Shown one piece after another: positions 48,141 to 59,747 of a stretch of 64,000 bases of DNA (within the stretch, counting starts at the first letter, position 1; the number at the start of each line of letters is the position of its first letter). Position numbers and translations under genes: made by a program. The notes beneath the pieces were generated by a model. It did not search any database and was not told the DNA's origin. It worked only from the letters and a program-made list of their open reading frames with translations. Source of the DNA: a bacterium (lineage in GTDB: Bacteria > Zhuqueibacterota > Zhuqueibacteria > Residuimicrobiales > Krinioviventaceae); contig CAXXMD010000003.1 of NCBI GenBank assembly GCA_963675755.2, positions 928,001 through 992,000 on the forward strand, written 5' to 3'.

Positions 48141-48168
48141 TTGCCAGGCACCTTATGATGCCTGGCAA
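48141..48168. repeat. REP-like hairpin family B
   Basis: TTGCCAGGCA-CCTTATGA-TGCCTGGCAA. Confidence 0.6.
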
Positions 48169-48190
48169 AAAACACTGAAAGGACAATACC

Positions 48191-50557
48191 GTGAAACGCT
48201 ATATCCTAATATTCCTCCTCTTTGCTGCATTTCTTTCTGCCTACGGATCAGAAACGATCCTGTGGTATGAACAACCGGCAAACCAGTGGGTAAATGCCCT
48301 GCCTCTTGGTAATGGGCGGATGGGAGCGATGGTTTTTGGCGGTGTATTGAATGAGCGCCTTCAGTTAAATGAAGAAAGCCTATGGGCTGGAGAGCCGTTC
48401 GATACATATCCCGATAATTTCAAAGAGAACCTTGTACAATTACAGGATATGGTCCTTGAAGGAAAAATTGCTGAGGCCAGCGCCTTTGGTCACAAAACGA
48501 TGTTTAAAAAACCGACATCGTTCAGATCATATGAACCTCTTGCCGACCTGCAACTGGAATTTCAACACGCCCCGGAAATCACAGAATATAGACGCGATCT
48601 GGATCTGATCAGCGGCATTGCCACAGTACAGTACAAGGCCGGGGGCATTTCCTATAGACGTGAAATTCTCATATCTGCTGTTGATGATGTAATTGCTGTA
48701 CGACTCACAGCAGACAAACCGGGAGCTATCAGTACGTCGGTGACGTTGACACGAAAGAAGGATATGCTGTTGAGTACTGAAAACAATATACTCAAGATGG
48801 ACGGCCAGATAATAGATATTGAAGCACCAGAGGCATATGATGACAATGCGGGCGGATCAGGACCAGGTGGACCACACATGAAATTCGCCGGCCGGTTGAT
48901 TGTAAAAACAACAGGAGGTACTGTCAGGGCAGAAAACGACAGGCTGGTTATAGATAAAGCAGATGAAGCGCTGTTGTTGTTTACCGGAACAACGGATTAT
49001 AACCTCAAAAAAATGAATTTCGACCGATCAATAGACCCTGGTAAAACAGCAGACATTATACTAAAGAAAGCAGTAAAAAAAACGTGGAAAGAAATAAAAA
49101 CCGATCACGAAAAAGAACATCGTCCGATTATGGAACGGGTGCAACTCGATCTCGGAAAATCAGCAAACAATAATCTTTCTACGGACAAACGACTCGCTGC
49201 GTTAAAAGAAGGAACCAATGATCCCGGATTGGTGACATTGTACTTTCAATACGGACGTTATCTGCTGATGAGCGGATCACGCCGTCCTGGCTGCCTGCCT
49301 CTAAATCTACAGGGGATCTGGAACGAAGAAATGTGGGCCCCATGGGAGTCAGACTATCATCTCAACATCAATCTCCAAATGAACTATTGGCCGGTAGATA
49401 TCTGTAATCTTTCCGAAACGATCGATCCACTGGTGGACTGGTTTGAGCTTTTGATGGAGAAAGGAAAGGTTTCGGCAAGAATATTGTATGACTCGGATGG
49501 CTGGATATCCTATACAGCGACAAATCCTTTTGGAAGAACAACAGGAAGTGGATCAAATCCGGGTTCTCAGTTTCAAAATGGTTTCCTGGATCCGCTTGCA
49601 GGTGCATGGATGGCAATGACTTTGTGGCGTCATTACGAATTCACACAAGATGAAGCATTCCTGAAACAAAAGGCCTACCCAATACTCAAGGGGGCCGCCA
49701 GGTTCCTTTTGGATTACATGCGAACAGATAAAGACGGTTATCTTTTAATTGTGCCTTCCACATCACCAGAAAACGAATATATCCACCCGGAAACGAAAAA
49801 GCCCGTAAGGATAACACGAGGATCAACGTATCATATGACCCTGGTCAAGGTTGTATTTAATGCCGTAATCAGTGGATCAACAATCCTGGATACTGACCAA
49901 ACATTCAGGAGTGAGCTGGAAGCTGCTTTAAAAAAACTGCCGCCAATGATGATTAGTGCGGACGGTACGATCCAGGAATGGATAAAAGACTATCAAGAAC
50001 AAGATCCAAAGCATCGGCATGTCTCGCATCTGTTGGGGTTATATCCGTTCTCTACCATACAACCAAAACAGGAAAAGCTGTTTGCCGCAGCCCGCAAAAC
50101 ACTGGAGCGTCGTGGATTTGGCGGAGATGTTGGCTGGAGCAATGCATGGAAGACAAGTTTTTTTGCGCGACTTGGTGATCCGGAACAGGCACATTTCTAC
50201 ATCAACAGACTGATAAGCCGCAACGGATTTCCGAATCTGATGGATGCGTGCTGGCCGGGCAGGGTATTTCAGATTGATGGCAATTTCGGCGGCTCGGCAG
50301 GAATAGCCGAGATGCTGCTCCAAAGCCACGCAAACGAAATACATCTGCTGCCGGCATTACCACAGGAATGGGCAACAGGTTCAGTTCATGGTTTAAAAGC
50401 ACGCGGAGGGTTTATTGTAGATATAGAATGGAGAGATGGAATACTTTTGAAAGCAGTCATCCATTCACTTGCAGACAAACCCTGCATAGTGAGATACGGC
50501 AATAAAGTGAAGCAATTGGACCTCACAACAGGTAAAAGCACTATTGTCAAATTATGA
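48191..50557 (+). CDS. GH95 alpha-L-fucosidase-like glycoside hydrolase
   Basis: ALPLGNGR, YGRYLL, NLQGIWN, YH.NINLQMNYW, SPEN, HRHVSHL and FQIDGNFG motifs. Confidence 0.94.
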   Translation: MKRYILIFLLFAAFLSAYGSETILWYEQPANQWVNALPLGNGRMGAMVFGGVLNERLQLNEESLWAGEPFDTYPDNFKENLVQLQDMVLEGKIAEASAFGHKTMFKKPTSFRSYEPLADLQLEFQHAPEITEYRRDLDLISGIATVQYKAGGISYRREILISAVDDVIAVRLTADKPGAISTSVTLTRKKDMLLSTENNILKMDGQIIDIEAPEAYDDNAGGSGPGGPHMKFAGRLIVKTTGGTVRAENDRLVIDKADEALLLFTGTTDYNLKKMNFDRSIDPGKTADIILKKAVKKTWKEIKTDHEKEHRPIMERVQLDLGKSANNNLSTDKRLAALKEGTNDPGLVTLYFQYGRYLLMSGSRRPGCLPLNLQGIWNEEMWAPWESDYHLNINLQMNYWPVDICNLSETIDPLVDWFELLMEKGKVSARILYDSDGWISYTATNPFGRTTGSGSNPGSQFQNGFLDPLAGAWMAMTLWRHYEFTQDEAFLKQKAYPILKGAARFLLDYMRTDKDGYLLIVPSTSPENEYIHPETKKPVRITRGSTYHMTLVKVVFNAVISGSTILDTDQTFRSELEAALKKLPPMMISADGTIQEWIKDYQEQDPKHRHVSHLLGLYPFSTIQPKQEKLFAAARKTLERRGFGGDVGWSNAWKTSFFARLGDPEQAHFYINRLISRNGFPNLMDACWPGRVFQIDGNFGGSAGIAEMLLQSHANEIHLLPALPQEWATGSVHGLKARGGFIVDIEWRDGILLKAVIHSLADKPCIVRYGNKVKQLDLTTGKSTIVKL

Positions 50558-50590
50558 CAAGCCGCTTGAATGTTATCCACGGAGAATTGA

Positions 50591-51994
50591 ATGACAATTA
50601 GAAACCTTTTCTACTTGACTATACTAATCACTTTGATGTCAAAACCCGTAATGGCGGAAACCCGTGTCATAAAAATTGACAACTCGCTTGTTGATGGAAA
50701 TGCACTAAACCTTGGCGACAAAATGTTCGGAGAAGCAAGGTATGGGAATGCAATTAACGGGTGCTCTTTTCAGCAGGATGCAATTGTTTCGCACAGGGAT
50801 TACCAATACATAGGTTTCTATGATGGCAATCGGCAGGTCTGTATCGCCAGACGTAAACTGCCGGGTGGTCCCTGGGAGACGATACGTTTCAATGATTATC
50901 AATTCAAGAGCAATGACGCCCACAATACGATCTCTATTGGCATTTGCCCCAAAGACGGAACGATCCATATGGCATTTGACCACCATGGAGATTCACTACA
51001 CTACCGGGTTTCCCACAAGGGGATTGCCAACAAACCTGAAACAACCCAATGGAAGGCCTCTCTTTTTGGTCCGATCCTGTCAGAACTGGAAAAAGACAAA
51101 AAAATCAAAATAACCTATCCCCGTTTCTGGCAGACTCCCGATGGTGATTTGCAATTCTGTTACCGTTTACGAGGGTCCGGCAATGGTGATCGGATGTTGG
51201 TGGATTATAATCCAGAAACCGGATTGTGGGAAAATACACACCAAATCGATTCTTCAAAAGGGACTTTTACAGATACTCTGGGGTCCAGCGACTCCCGTTG
51301 CTCCTACCCAAACGGCTACACCTATGGCCCAAACGGAAATTTGCATGCGACCTGGGTCTGGCGGGAAAGCAGCCAGGGCTCAAACCATGACCTTATCTAT
51401 GTATATAGTAAAGACCGGGGTAATATATGGTTGAACAATGCCGGTAACCCCATAGACGGTCCTCCCAGAGTTGATTCCCCGGGTATAACCGTTATCAATA
51501 TTGATCGCAGATATGCGCTGATGAATACCCATGGCCAGGCTGTAGATTCACAAGGACGCACCCATGTAGTAATGTGGCATTGTACTAAAGCTTCACTGAA
51601 AGCGGCTGACAGCAAACCGGGTGAATATATATGGGGTAAACCGGAAGCCCGCCGCTACTTTCATTACTGGCGGATGGCAGATGGGACATGGAAACAAACA
51701 GAGCTGCCCGGAATTGCGGGTAACCGTCCCAAACTGTTCATGGACAAGGCCGACAATGCATATTTAATCTTTGAAAAAGAGGGTAACCTCGTCATCATGA
51801 GTGCACAAGCCACAAACAAATGGTCGGACTGGAAAGAAGTTCATTCCGAAGAGGGCCCATTTCACAATGAGATGCTGGGGGATTATTATCGATGGAAAAA
51901 GAGTGGTATACTTTCTGTTATGGTGCAGGAAAGCCCAAAGCAGAATCACGAGCCGACCGCACTACGTATTATCGATTTTAAATTTAATCAGTAA
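50591..51994 (+). CDS. BNR_4-family beta-propeller protein (possible polysaccharide lyase)
   Basis: DAHN.IS.G...DG.IH..FDHH, TYPRF, NHDL.Y.YS.D.G..W motifs. Confidence 0.8.
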   Translation: MTIRNLFYLTILITLMSKPVMAETRVIKIDNSLVDGNALNLGDKMFGEARYGNAINGCSFQQDAIVSHRDYQYIGFYDGNRQVCIARRKLPGGPWETIRFNDYQFKSNDAHNTISIGICPKDGTIHMAFDHHGDSLHYRVSHKGIANKPETTQWKASLFGPILSELEKDKKIKITYPRFWQTPDGDLQFCYRLRGSGNGDRMLVDYNPETGLWENTHQIDSSKGTFTDTLGSSDSRCSYPNGYTYGPNGNLHATWVWRESSQGSNHDLIYVYSKDRGNIWLNNAGNPIDGPPRVDSPGITVINIDRRYALMNTHGQAVDSQGRTHVVMWHCTKASLKAADSKPGEYIWGKPEARRYFHYWRMADGTWKQTELPGIAGNRPKLFMDKADNAYLIFEKEGNLVIMSAQATNKWSDWKEVHSEEGPFHNEMLGDYYRWKKSGILSVMVQESPKQNHEPTALRIIDFKFNQ

Positions 51995-52058
51995 TTAAGA
52001 GAATTCAGGTTACAACTTTTTAAAAGGGTGGCTCTCCGGAGCCGCCCTTAAATAAACT

Positions 52059-52265
52059 ACCCGCTCCGCTCGATGAACGCAGATTAACGCTAGTAATCTT
52101 CACCTGTTTTGTCTGCTTTCATCCGCGATTCCCTACTGGTTACAAGGTTCTGCCTTGTAACCTATTCCAATATATTTCAAAAAGGCCAAGACTGCAATTT
52201 AAAAGAAACCAACATTGCTGATCATCAGCTATGGGACGAACGTCCCAATCCAATATCCCGCGATT
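52059..52265. repeat. Composite intergenic repeat, second copy
   Basis: GCTCGATGAAC.CAGAT.AACGC, TACAAGG.TCTGCCTTGTAACC and ATG.GAC.AACGTCCCAATCCAATATCC in the same order as 43041-43250. Confidence 0.75.
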
Positions 52266-52312
52266 CTTGTACTATAAAGATTTGCTTCCCTAAGCGATAA
52301 TAACTAAAAAAA

Positions 52313-52969
52313 TCAATAAAACCACTCAACCAGGAAACCAAAGCTAATAAAGGGCTGATTGATCTTGATCCCTTTAATCTCACTTATATTGGTAAAATCG
52401 ATATGAGAAAACAATTTATATGTCAAATTTTCACTCTTTGCGCCAATACCCAGTTCAAAGCCAAAAGATGAACTCTTTTGAGGATAAAACAATTGCTCAC
52501 CATATGTATCATAATAATCATATTTATAGTTTGGAGGTGCGGAAGAAAATAGCAGTTCTTTTTTGGTCTTTTCACTAAAATCAGCTAAACACAAAGATAA
52601 AACCGGTCCCACAGAAACAAATACGGGATGCTGATTCATTGAAAACTGATAATTATACAAAATGGGCACTTGCAGATAAAGCAGTTGAATATCAATGTCC
52701 CATAAATAAATAGAATTCGCCCAGCCTCCCACTGACTTGTTGGTTACTAATGTTCGTTTACTGGAAAAGATCAATCCATAACTGGTAAAAGCTCCTGTAT
52801 CCAAACTGTTTTCTCGTATGAATCCCAAATGAAAGCCCGGCTCCATTTCTGTATATATATCATAAAAACGTGATACATTCACACCAGCAGTTAGCCCCCA
52901 GCGCGTATTGCCAAACGCACATTGAGAAACAGCTAGCAATAATAGTAAAAGAATCTGGATTTTTTTCAT
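52313..52969 (-). CDS. Outer-membrane beta-barrel (PorT/OMP_b-brl_2-like) protein
   Basis: Signal peptide from ATG 52969; WG..AG.N.S, YLQVP and VGP motifs; aromatic C-terminus. Confidence 0.72.
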   Translation of the reverse strand: MKKIQILLLLLLAVSQCAFGNTRWGLTAGVNVSRFYDIYTEMEPGFHLGFIRENSLDTGAFTSYGLIFSSKRTLVTNKSVGGWANSIYLWDIDIQLLYLQVPILYNYQFSMNQHPVFVSVGPVLSLCLADFSEKTKKELLFSSAPPNYKYDYYDTYGEQLFYPQKSSSFGFELGIGAKSENLTYKLFSHIDFTNISEIKGIKINQPFISFGFLVEWFY

Positions 52970-53106
52970 GGTTCTCCCCTTTATTAAATATGAACCACCC
53001 GTACTTTTTAATGAAAGCAAATAATGTTTAAATCTGTGTTCCGCTGTGCTTGCCCGCCTGCTGGCGGATTCATTTGTGGTTAATATTTATTCTTTATCAA
53101 ACACAG

Positions 53107-53868
53107 CTATAACACAATTTCCCCATCATCAACATACGCTTTAGTTGCCGTATCAAAAGGCAGATCATGTCCACCCATAATGATCCCCTCAAAGTCTTCA
53201 ATGCGGGCTTTGCTGGCCACATACGAATCCGAGTTGTACCGCGGCACGGTCTCGCGCAGGTTGCGCTTCCAGAACAGTTTGCTGGGCATGGCATCTCCGG
53301 CCAGCAGCATATTTCGGGTTTCCCCTTTTACCAGAACCGAATGGTGCCCCGGCGTGTGACCGGGTGTGGACCAAAATTCTAAATACCCTGGTAAATCGGG
53401 CTTGTCTTCAATCCACTCTACTTTTTCAACAGGACCAATCCCCTGAATGTTCCAGAACCGTTCTGCCGTACGCTGTGCGGAAACCGCATGGCGCTCCGCC
53501 TGTTTAGAGGTATACTCGGGGAAATATTTTAAAAATACGGATAACGGATCGTTCGTCTCTAAAATTGCGGCAGAAAACTCGCGCGTAAAATCATAATCGG
53601 TTTTGCTAAGCACTATGCGCGCGTTTTTAAACGCCGGATTATTGCCCGCATGGTCCGGGTGCACATGGGTATTGAGAACAATATCTATATCCTCAACCCC
53701 AAGTCCTACCGAATCCAATTGTTTGAAAATATCATCATGCCCCACATATCCGGTATCCACCAGAATGGTTGTTTGCGGAGATTTGATAACAGCGGCCATC
53801 AGCCACATATTGACTTTACGGCCGCCAAAGTTGGGCATTTTCATTGCAAGGGGAATTACGGAAACCAT
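53107..53868 (-). CDS. MBL-fold hydrolase (AHL-lactonase-like)
   Basis: VDTG, THVHPDHAG, TPGHTPGH, GDA and GHD motifs. Confidence 0.85.
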   Translation of the reverse strand: MVSVIPLAMKMPNFGGRKVNMWLMAAVIKSPQTTILVDTGYVGHDDIFKQLDSVGLGVEDIDIVLNTHVHPDHAGNNPAFKNARIVLSKTDYDFTREFSAAILETNDPLSVFLKYFPEYTSKQAERHAVSAQRTAERFWNIQGIGPVEKVEWIEDKPDLPGYLEFWSTPGHTPGHHSVLVKGETRNMLLAGDAMPSKLFWKRNLRETVPRYNSDSYVASKARIEDFEGIIMGGHDLPFDTATKAYVDDGEIVL

Positions 53869-55118
53869 TATTCACCCAACATGTGTGTAACCATTCCGCT
53901 CAGCAGCTTGGGTTCAAACCAGGTGGACTTGGGTGGCATTACCATGCCAGCGTCCGCAACATCCATTACCTGCCCCATCTGGGTAGGACACAGTGCAAAT
54001 GCTACTGCAAAATCTCCACTGTTGACCAGCTTTTCAAGCGTCTGAATACAGTCCAGCCCACCCACAAATTTAATTCGGGTATCGGTACGGGGATCCTGAA
54101 TGTTTAGCATGGGGTTCAAAACCAGATCCTGCAGTAGCGCCACATCCAAACGGCCCACTTCATCTCTGCCGGTCATCATGGACTCGTTTGCTGAAATCAA
54201 GTGCCATTTGCCTTCAAGGTAAACACCAAAGCTGTTTTTATTTTCAGGACCTTTAAACGATCCGCTGACAGGTTCAAGAGAGAACCCAGCGGATTTAATT
54301 TTCTCCAACAATTCAGATGCAGTATTGCCATTCAGGTCCTTAACAACCCGGTTATAGGGCAATATCAACAATTCATCCTCAGGAAAACTCACCGTGAGAA
54401 AAAAGTTAAATTCTTCATTTCCTGTATAATCGGGATTCTCTGCGCGCATTCGCTTGCAATACTCGGCTGCACCTTCGGAACGATGGTGTCCATCCGCAAT
54501 ATACAATGCAGGTATAGCGTCAAATTCGTCTTTGATTTCACTGACCTGCTTTTCATCATCAACCAGATAAAAGATGTGTCGAATATCAAAATGACTCACA
54601 AAATCATAAACCGGTTCGGTTTCCATTGCTGCCCGAATTAAAGCCTTAACCTTGTCATTTTGTTTATAAGCTAAAAATATGGGGCCTGTTTGTGCTTCAA
54701 GCGCAAGCATAAGATTCACACGATCATTCACTTTATCAGGTCGTGTATGTTCGTGCTTTTTCACAATATTGTTCATATACTCATCTACAGATGCACAGGC
54801 AACAAGACCGGTTTGTTCATGATCTCCCATAATTTGTTTATAAATATAATAACAGGGCTTTTCATCATGAACCAGGGTGCCGTCATTAATAAACGCGGTC
54901 AGGTTACTTTTGCCCTTGTCATAAACAACCTGATCATACTGGGAAATACCGGGGTCCAGATCAATTTCAGGTTTAATTACATGCAAAAAACTTTTCGGAT
55001 TATCCTGTGCCATAATCCGAGCTTCTTTCGAGTCCAATACATCATAAGGTAGTGAAGCCACTTTTGCTGCTATTTCCTGCGCGGGTCTTAATCCTTTAAA
55101 CGGAATCAGTTTTGCCAT
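53868..55118 (-). CDS. DUF1015 family protein
   Basis: PYDV, KHE.TR..K, YIADGHHR, YNRV and MPPKSTWFEPKL motifs. Confidence 0.92.
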   Translation of the reverse strand: MAKLIPFKGLRPAQEIAAKVASLPYDVLDSKEARIMAQDNPKSFLHVIKPEIDLDPGISQYDQVVYDKGKSNLTAFINDGTLVHDEKPCYYIYKQIMGDHEQTGLVACASVDEYMNNIVKKHEHTRPDKVNDRVNLMLALEAQTGPIFLAYKQNDKVKALIRAAMETEPVYDFVSHFDIRHIFYLVDDEKQVSEIKDEFDAIPALYIADGHHRSEGAAEYCKRMRAENPDYTGNEEFNFFLTVSFPEDELLILPYNRVVKDLNGNTASELLEKIKSAGFSLEPVSGSFKGPENKNSFGVYLEGKWHLISANESMMTGRDEVGRLDVALLQDLVLNPMLNIQDPRTDTRIKFVGGLDCIQTLEKLVNSGDFAVAFALCPTQMGQVMDVADAGMVMPPKSTWFEPKLLSGMVTHMLGE

Positions 55119-55324
55119 AACTTTTCTTCCTTATGTTAAATTCATTAAATAAAAGACAAATTTCGCTGAAATTGATTACACTTTTCAAGAAAATCACTTG
55201 ATTTGTACACATACTTTTCATTACTTTATGTACTTGATCTGAATGAATATAGTATTTTCAATATAAACATTCCAGCACTATTGCAAATTCTTGCATTTAT
55301 GAAGCGAAAAATTTTGAGGAGTAG

Positions 55325-57634
55325 ATGACAGAACCGGTCCGCATACTGATACTGGACGATTCCGAAACCGATACTGAATTGATGGTCCGCGAGTTGAACA
55401 AAGACGACATGCCGTTCACCTCCTTTGCGGTTGATAATAAAATTGATTATGTTAATGCATTAAAAGAATTCAAACCCGATCTGGTTTTGTCTGATTTTAA
55501 CTTGCCGCATTTCACAGGTCTGGATGCTATTGACCTGGTACAATCTCTTCAACCTTCAATTCCATTAATTATTGTAACGGGTGATCTAGACGAACAAACC
55601 GCAACCCAATGCATACAAAACGGTGCCTGGGATTATGTTTTAAAAGACAATCTGGCCCGCTTGCCCCGAATTGTTCGCAGTGCATTAATCCACAAACATA
55701 CTCTTTCTCACAAAGAACGCGAACAAACAGTACATAAAGAGTATATTCAACAATTTGAATGCATATTGGGTTCCATGCAAAATGCAATGACAGTGGTATA
55801 TGATTATGATGGTGTTTACAAACAGGCATGGGCAAGTCCGCAAATATATGAGCATTATGGAATCAACACCGAAATGCTGGTAGGAAGATCGCTGTCAAAC
55901 TTTTATTCACCCAAAGATGCCATCAACAGAATTACCCAGATCCGAAATATATTTGAAACAGGCGAAACATTTAGCGATACTTCATTAATTAAACTGCCCA
56001 AGGGTGAATTCTGGCTGGATATTACTTTATCACCCCTTAGAAACGAAACCAATAAAATCACGGGTGTAATTGGATTCCTGCTTGACGTTACCGAAAGAAC
56101 CAAAGCTGAGAATGAACTGATTCGTCTTGCAACAGCCTTTGAACAGGTTGCAGAATGTATTGTAATAACAGATACCAATGCCAACATACAATATGTCAAT
56201 CCAGTTGTTGAACGTATTACCGGATTTTCAAGAGATGAGCTTTTAAACCAAAATTGCAGAATTTTCAACAGTCAAAAACATGACAAAACCTTTTTCACAG
56301 ACATGTGGAAAACTATACTCAGCGGTGACATTTGGAACGGTCACATCTTTAACAAGAAAAAAGATGGTACCGTTTACGAAGAAGAAGTAACCATATCTCC
56401 TATCAGAAACACCAGGGGCTCTATTACTAATTATGTAGCAGTTAAACGTGATGTCACCAATGAAGTAAAAATGGAAAAACAACTGCGTCAGGCCCAGAAA
56501 ATGGAAGCTATTGGTACATTGGCCGGTGGTATTGCTCACGACTTTAATAATATTCTTGCCGCTATTCTCGGTTATACCGAACTATCTCTAAGAGACCTCA
56601 AGGAAGACTCTAAACTCTATAAACACTTGCAGCAGGTATTGCAGGCCGGTTATCGCGCCAAAGATCTGATCAAACAGATCCTGGCATTCAGCCGTCAGGG
56701 TCAGCAGGAAGTTAAACCATTACAAATCAGCCTGATCATAAAAGAAGTATTGAAACTTCTGCGCGCGTCACTTCCCACAACCATAGAGATACGTCAAAAC
56801 ATCAGAACACATAAAAGCCTGGTATTTGCAGATCCCACACAGATTCATCAATTGATCATGAATTTATGTACCAATGCAGCCCACGCAATGCGTCACAGTG
56901 GGGGAATCCTTGAAGTTAGCATGTCTGAAATAGAAATCACCCCCAAAGATGCAAACCATTATCATGGTCTATCCGCTGGTCCCTTTATCAAACTATCGGT
57001 TACAGATAGCGGTCATGGTATGGCGCCTGAAATTTCAGAAAGAATTTTTGAACCCTATTTTACAACTAAAAAACCCGGTGAAGGTACCGGTATGGGATTG
57101 TCAGTGGTACATGGTATTGTAAAAAGTCATAATGGAGATATTTCCGTTTACAGTGAAATTGGCAAAGGCACAACGTTTAATATATTCCTTCCACGAATTG
57201 AAGAAGCCACTGAAGAAAAAGAAGAGCACGACTCTATCCTTCCCCATGGTTCAGAGAATATATTGTTTGTTGACGATGAAGTGACGCTTGTTGAAATTGG
57301 TCAGGAAATGCTTGAACAATTGGGTTATAATGTAATTGCCAAATCAAACAGTACCGAAGCTCTGGAGCTGTTTGAACAACACCCCTATGATTTTGATCTA
57401 ATCATAACCGACCAAACCATGCCCACATTAACCGGTGCGGAACTGGCAAAAAAAATATTGGAAATCAGACCAGAAATACCTATAGTATTATGTACAGGGT
57501 TTAGTGAAGTTATTTCCGAAGAAAAAGCCAAAGAAATTGGTATTCATGAATTTATCATGAAGCCTATATTTATGAAAGAAATTGCTTTTGTAATTCGTAA
57601 ATTGTTAGATCATGAAACCGTAGAGGGGAAATAA
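55325..57634 (+). CDS. Hybrid sensor histidine kinase (REC-PAS-PAS-HisKA-HATPase-REC)
   Basis: AGGIAHDFNN H-box, NL..NA, D.G.G, FTTK and GTGMGLS motifs; terminal receiver domains. Confidence 0.95.
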   Translation: MTEPVRILILDDSETDTELMVRELNKDDMPFTSFAVDNKIDYVNALKEFKPDLVLSDFNLPHFTGLDAIDLVQSLQPSIPLIIVTGDLDEQTATQCIQNGAWDYVLKDNLARLPRIVRSALIHKHTLSHKEREQTVHKEYIQQFECILGSMQNAMTVVYDYDGVYKQAWASPQIYEHYGINTEMLVGRSLSNFYSPKDAINRITQIRNIFETGETFSDTSLIKLPKGEFWLDITLSPLRNETNKITGVIGFLLDVTERTKAENELIRLATAFEQVAECIVITDTNANIQYVNPVVERITGFSRDELLNQNCRIFNSQKHDKTFFTDMWKTILSGDIWNGHIFNKKKDGTVYEEEVTISPIRNTRGSITNYVAVKRDVTNEVKMEKQLRQAQKMEAIGTLAGGIAHDFNNILAAILGYTELSLRDLKEDSKLYKHLQQVLQAGYRAKDLIKQILAFSRQGQQEVKPLQISLIIKEVLKLLRASLPTTIEIRQNIRTHKSLVFADPTQIHQLIMNLCTNAAHAMRHSGGILEVSMSEIEITPKDANHYHGLSAGPFIKLSVTDSGHGMAPEISERIFEPYFTTKKPGEGTGMGLSVVHGIVKSHNGDISVYSEIGKGTTFNIFLPRIEEATEEKEEHDSILPHGSENILFVDDEVTLVEIGQEMLEQLGYNVIAKSNSTEALELFEQHPYDFDLIITDQTMPTLTGAELAKKILEIRPEIPIVLCTGFSEVISEEKAKEIGIHEFIMKPIFMKEIAFVIRKLLDHETVEGK

Positions 57635-57635
57635 T

Positions 57636-59349
<1,714 letters not shown>

Positions 59350-59367
59350 GTTAACAATTTAATCAAA

Positions 59368-59709
59368 CTATTTATTAAAGCTGGCGATTGCCTCGCCTGT
59401 GTTTTCATAAACATTAAACACGGACAGGAGTTTTGTTATCTTGAGCAGACTCTTGACTCGTTCCGTAACAGATGCAAGTTTCAAATCTCCACCTGCATTT
59501 CGGATTGTGGTTAAAGCGCTGATTAAAATCCCAAGACCGCTGCTGTTCATCCAATTCACTTCGGATAAATCAGCAACAACTCTGGTTTTACCGGCTTCAA
59601 TCAACTCATGAAGCTTGTCGTTCAAAGCAGCAGCATCCGGTCCACCCATGATCTTGCCAGACAGATCTAAAATAATAATATCGTTTTCTAAATGTTCAAT
59701 AATTTCCAT
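59368..59709 (-). CDS. STAS-domain anti-sigma factor antagonist
   Basis: DLS.V.WMNSSGLG.L motif. Confidence 0.92.
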   Translation of the reverse strand: MEIIEHLENDIIILDLSGKIMGGPDAAALNDKLHELIEAGKTRVVADLSEVNWMNSSGLGILISALTTIRNAGGDLKLASVTERVKSLLKITKLLSVFNVYENTGEAIASFNK

Positions 59710-59747
59710 AATACTCTCCCAATCCGTTAATACTGCATGGAAGGTTC

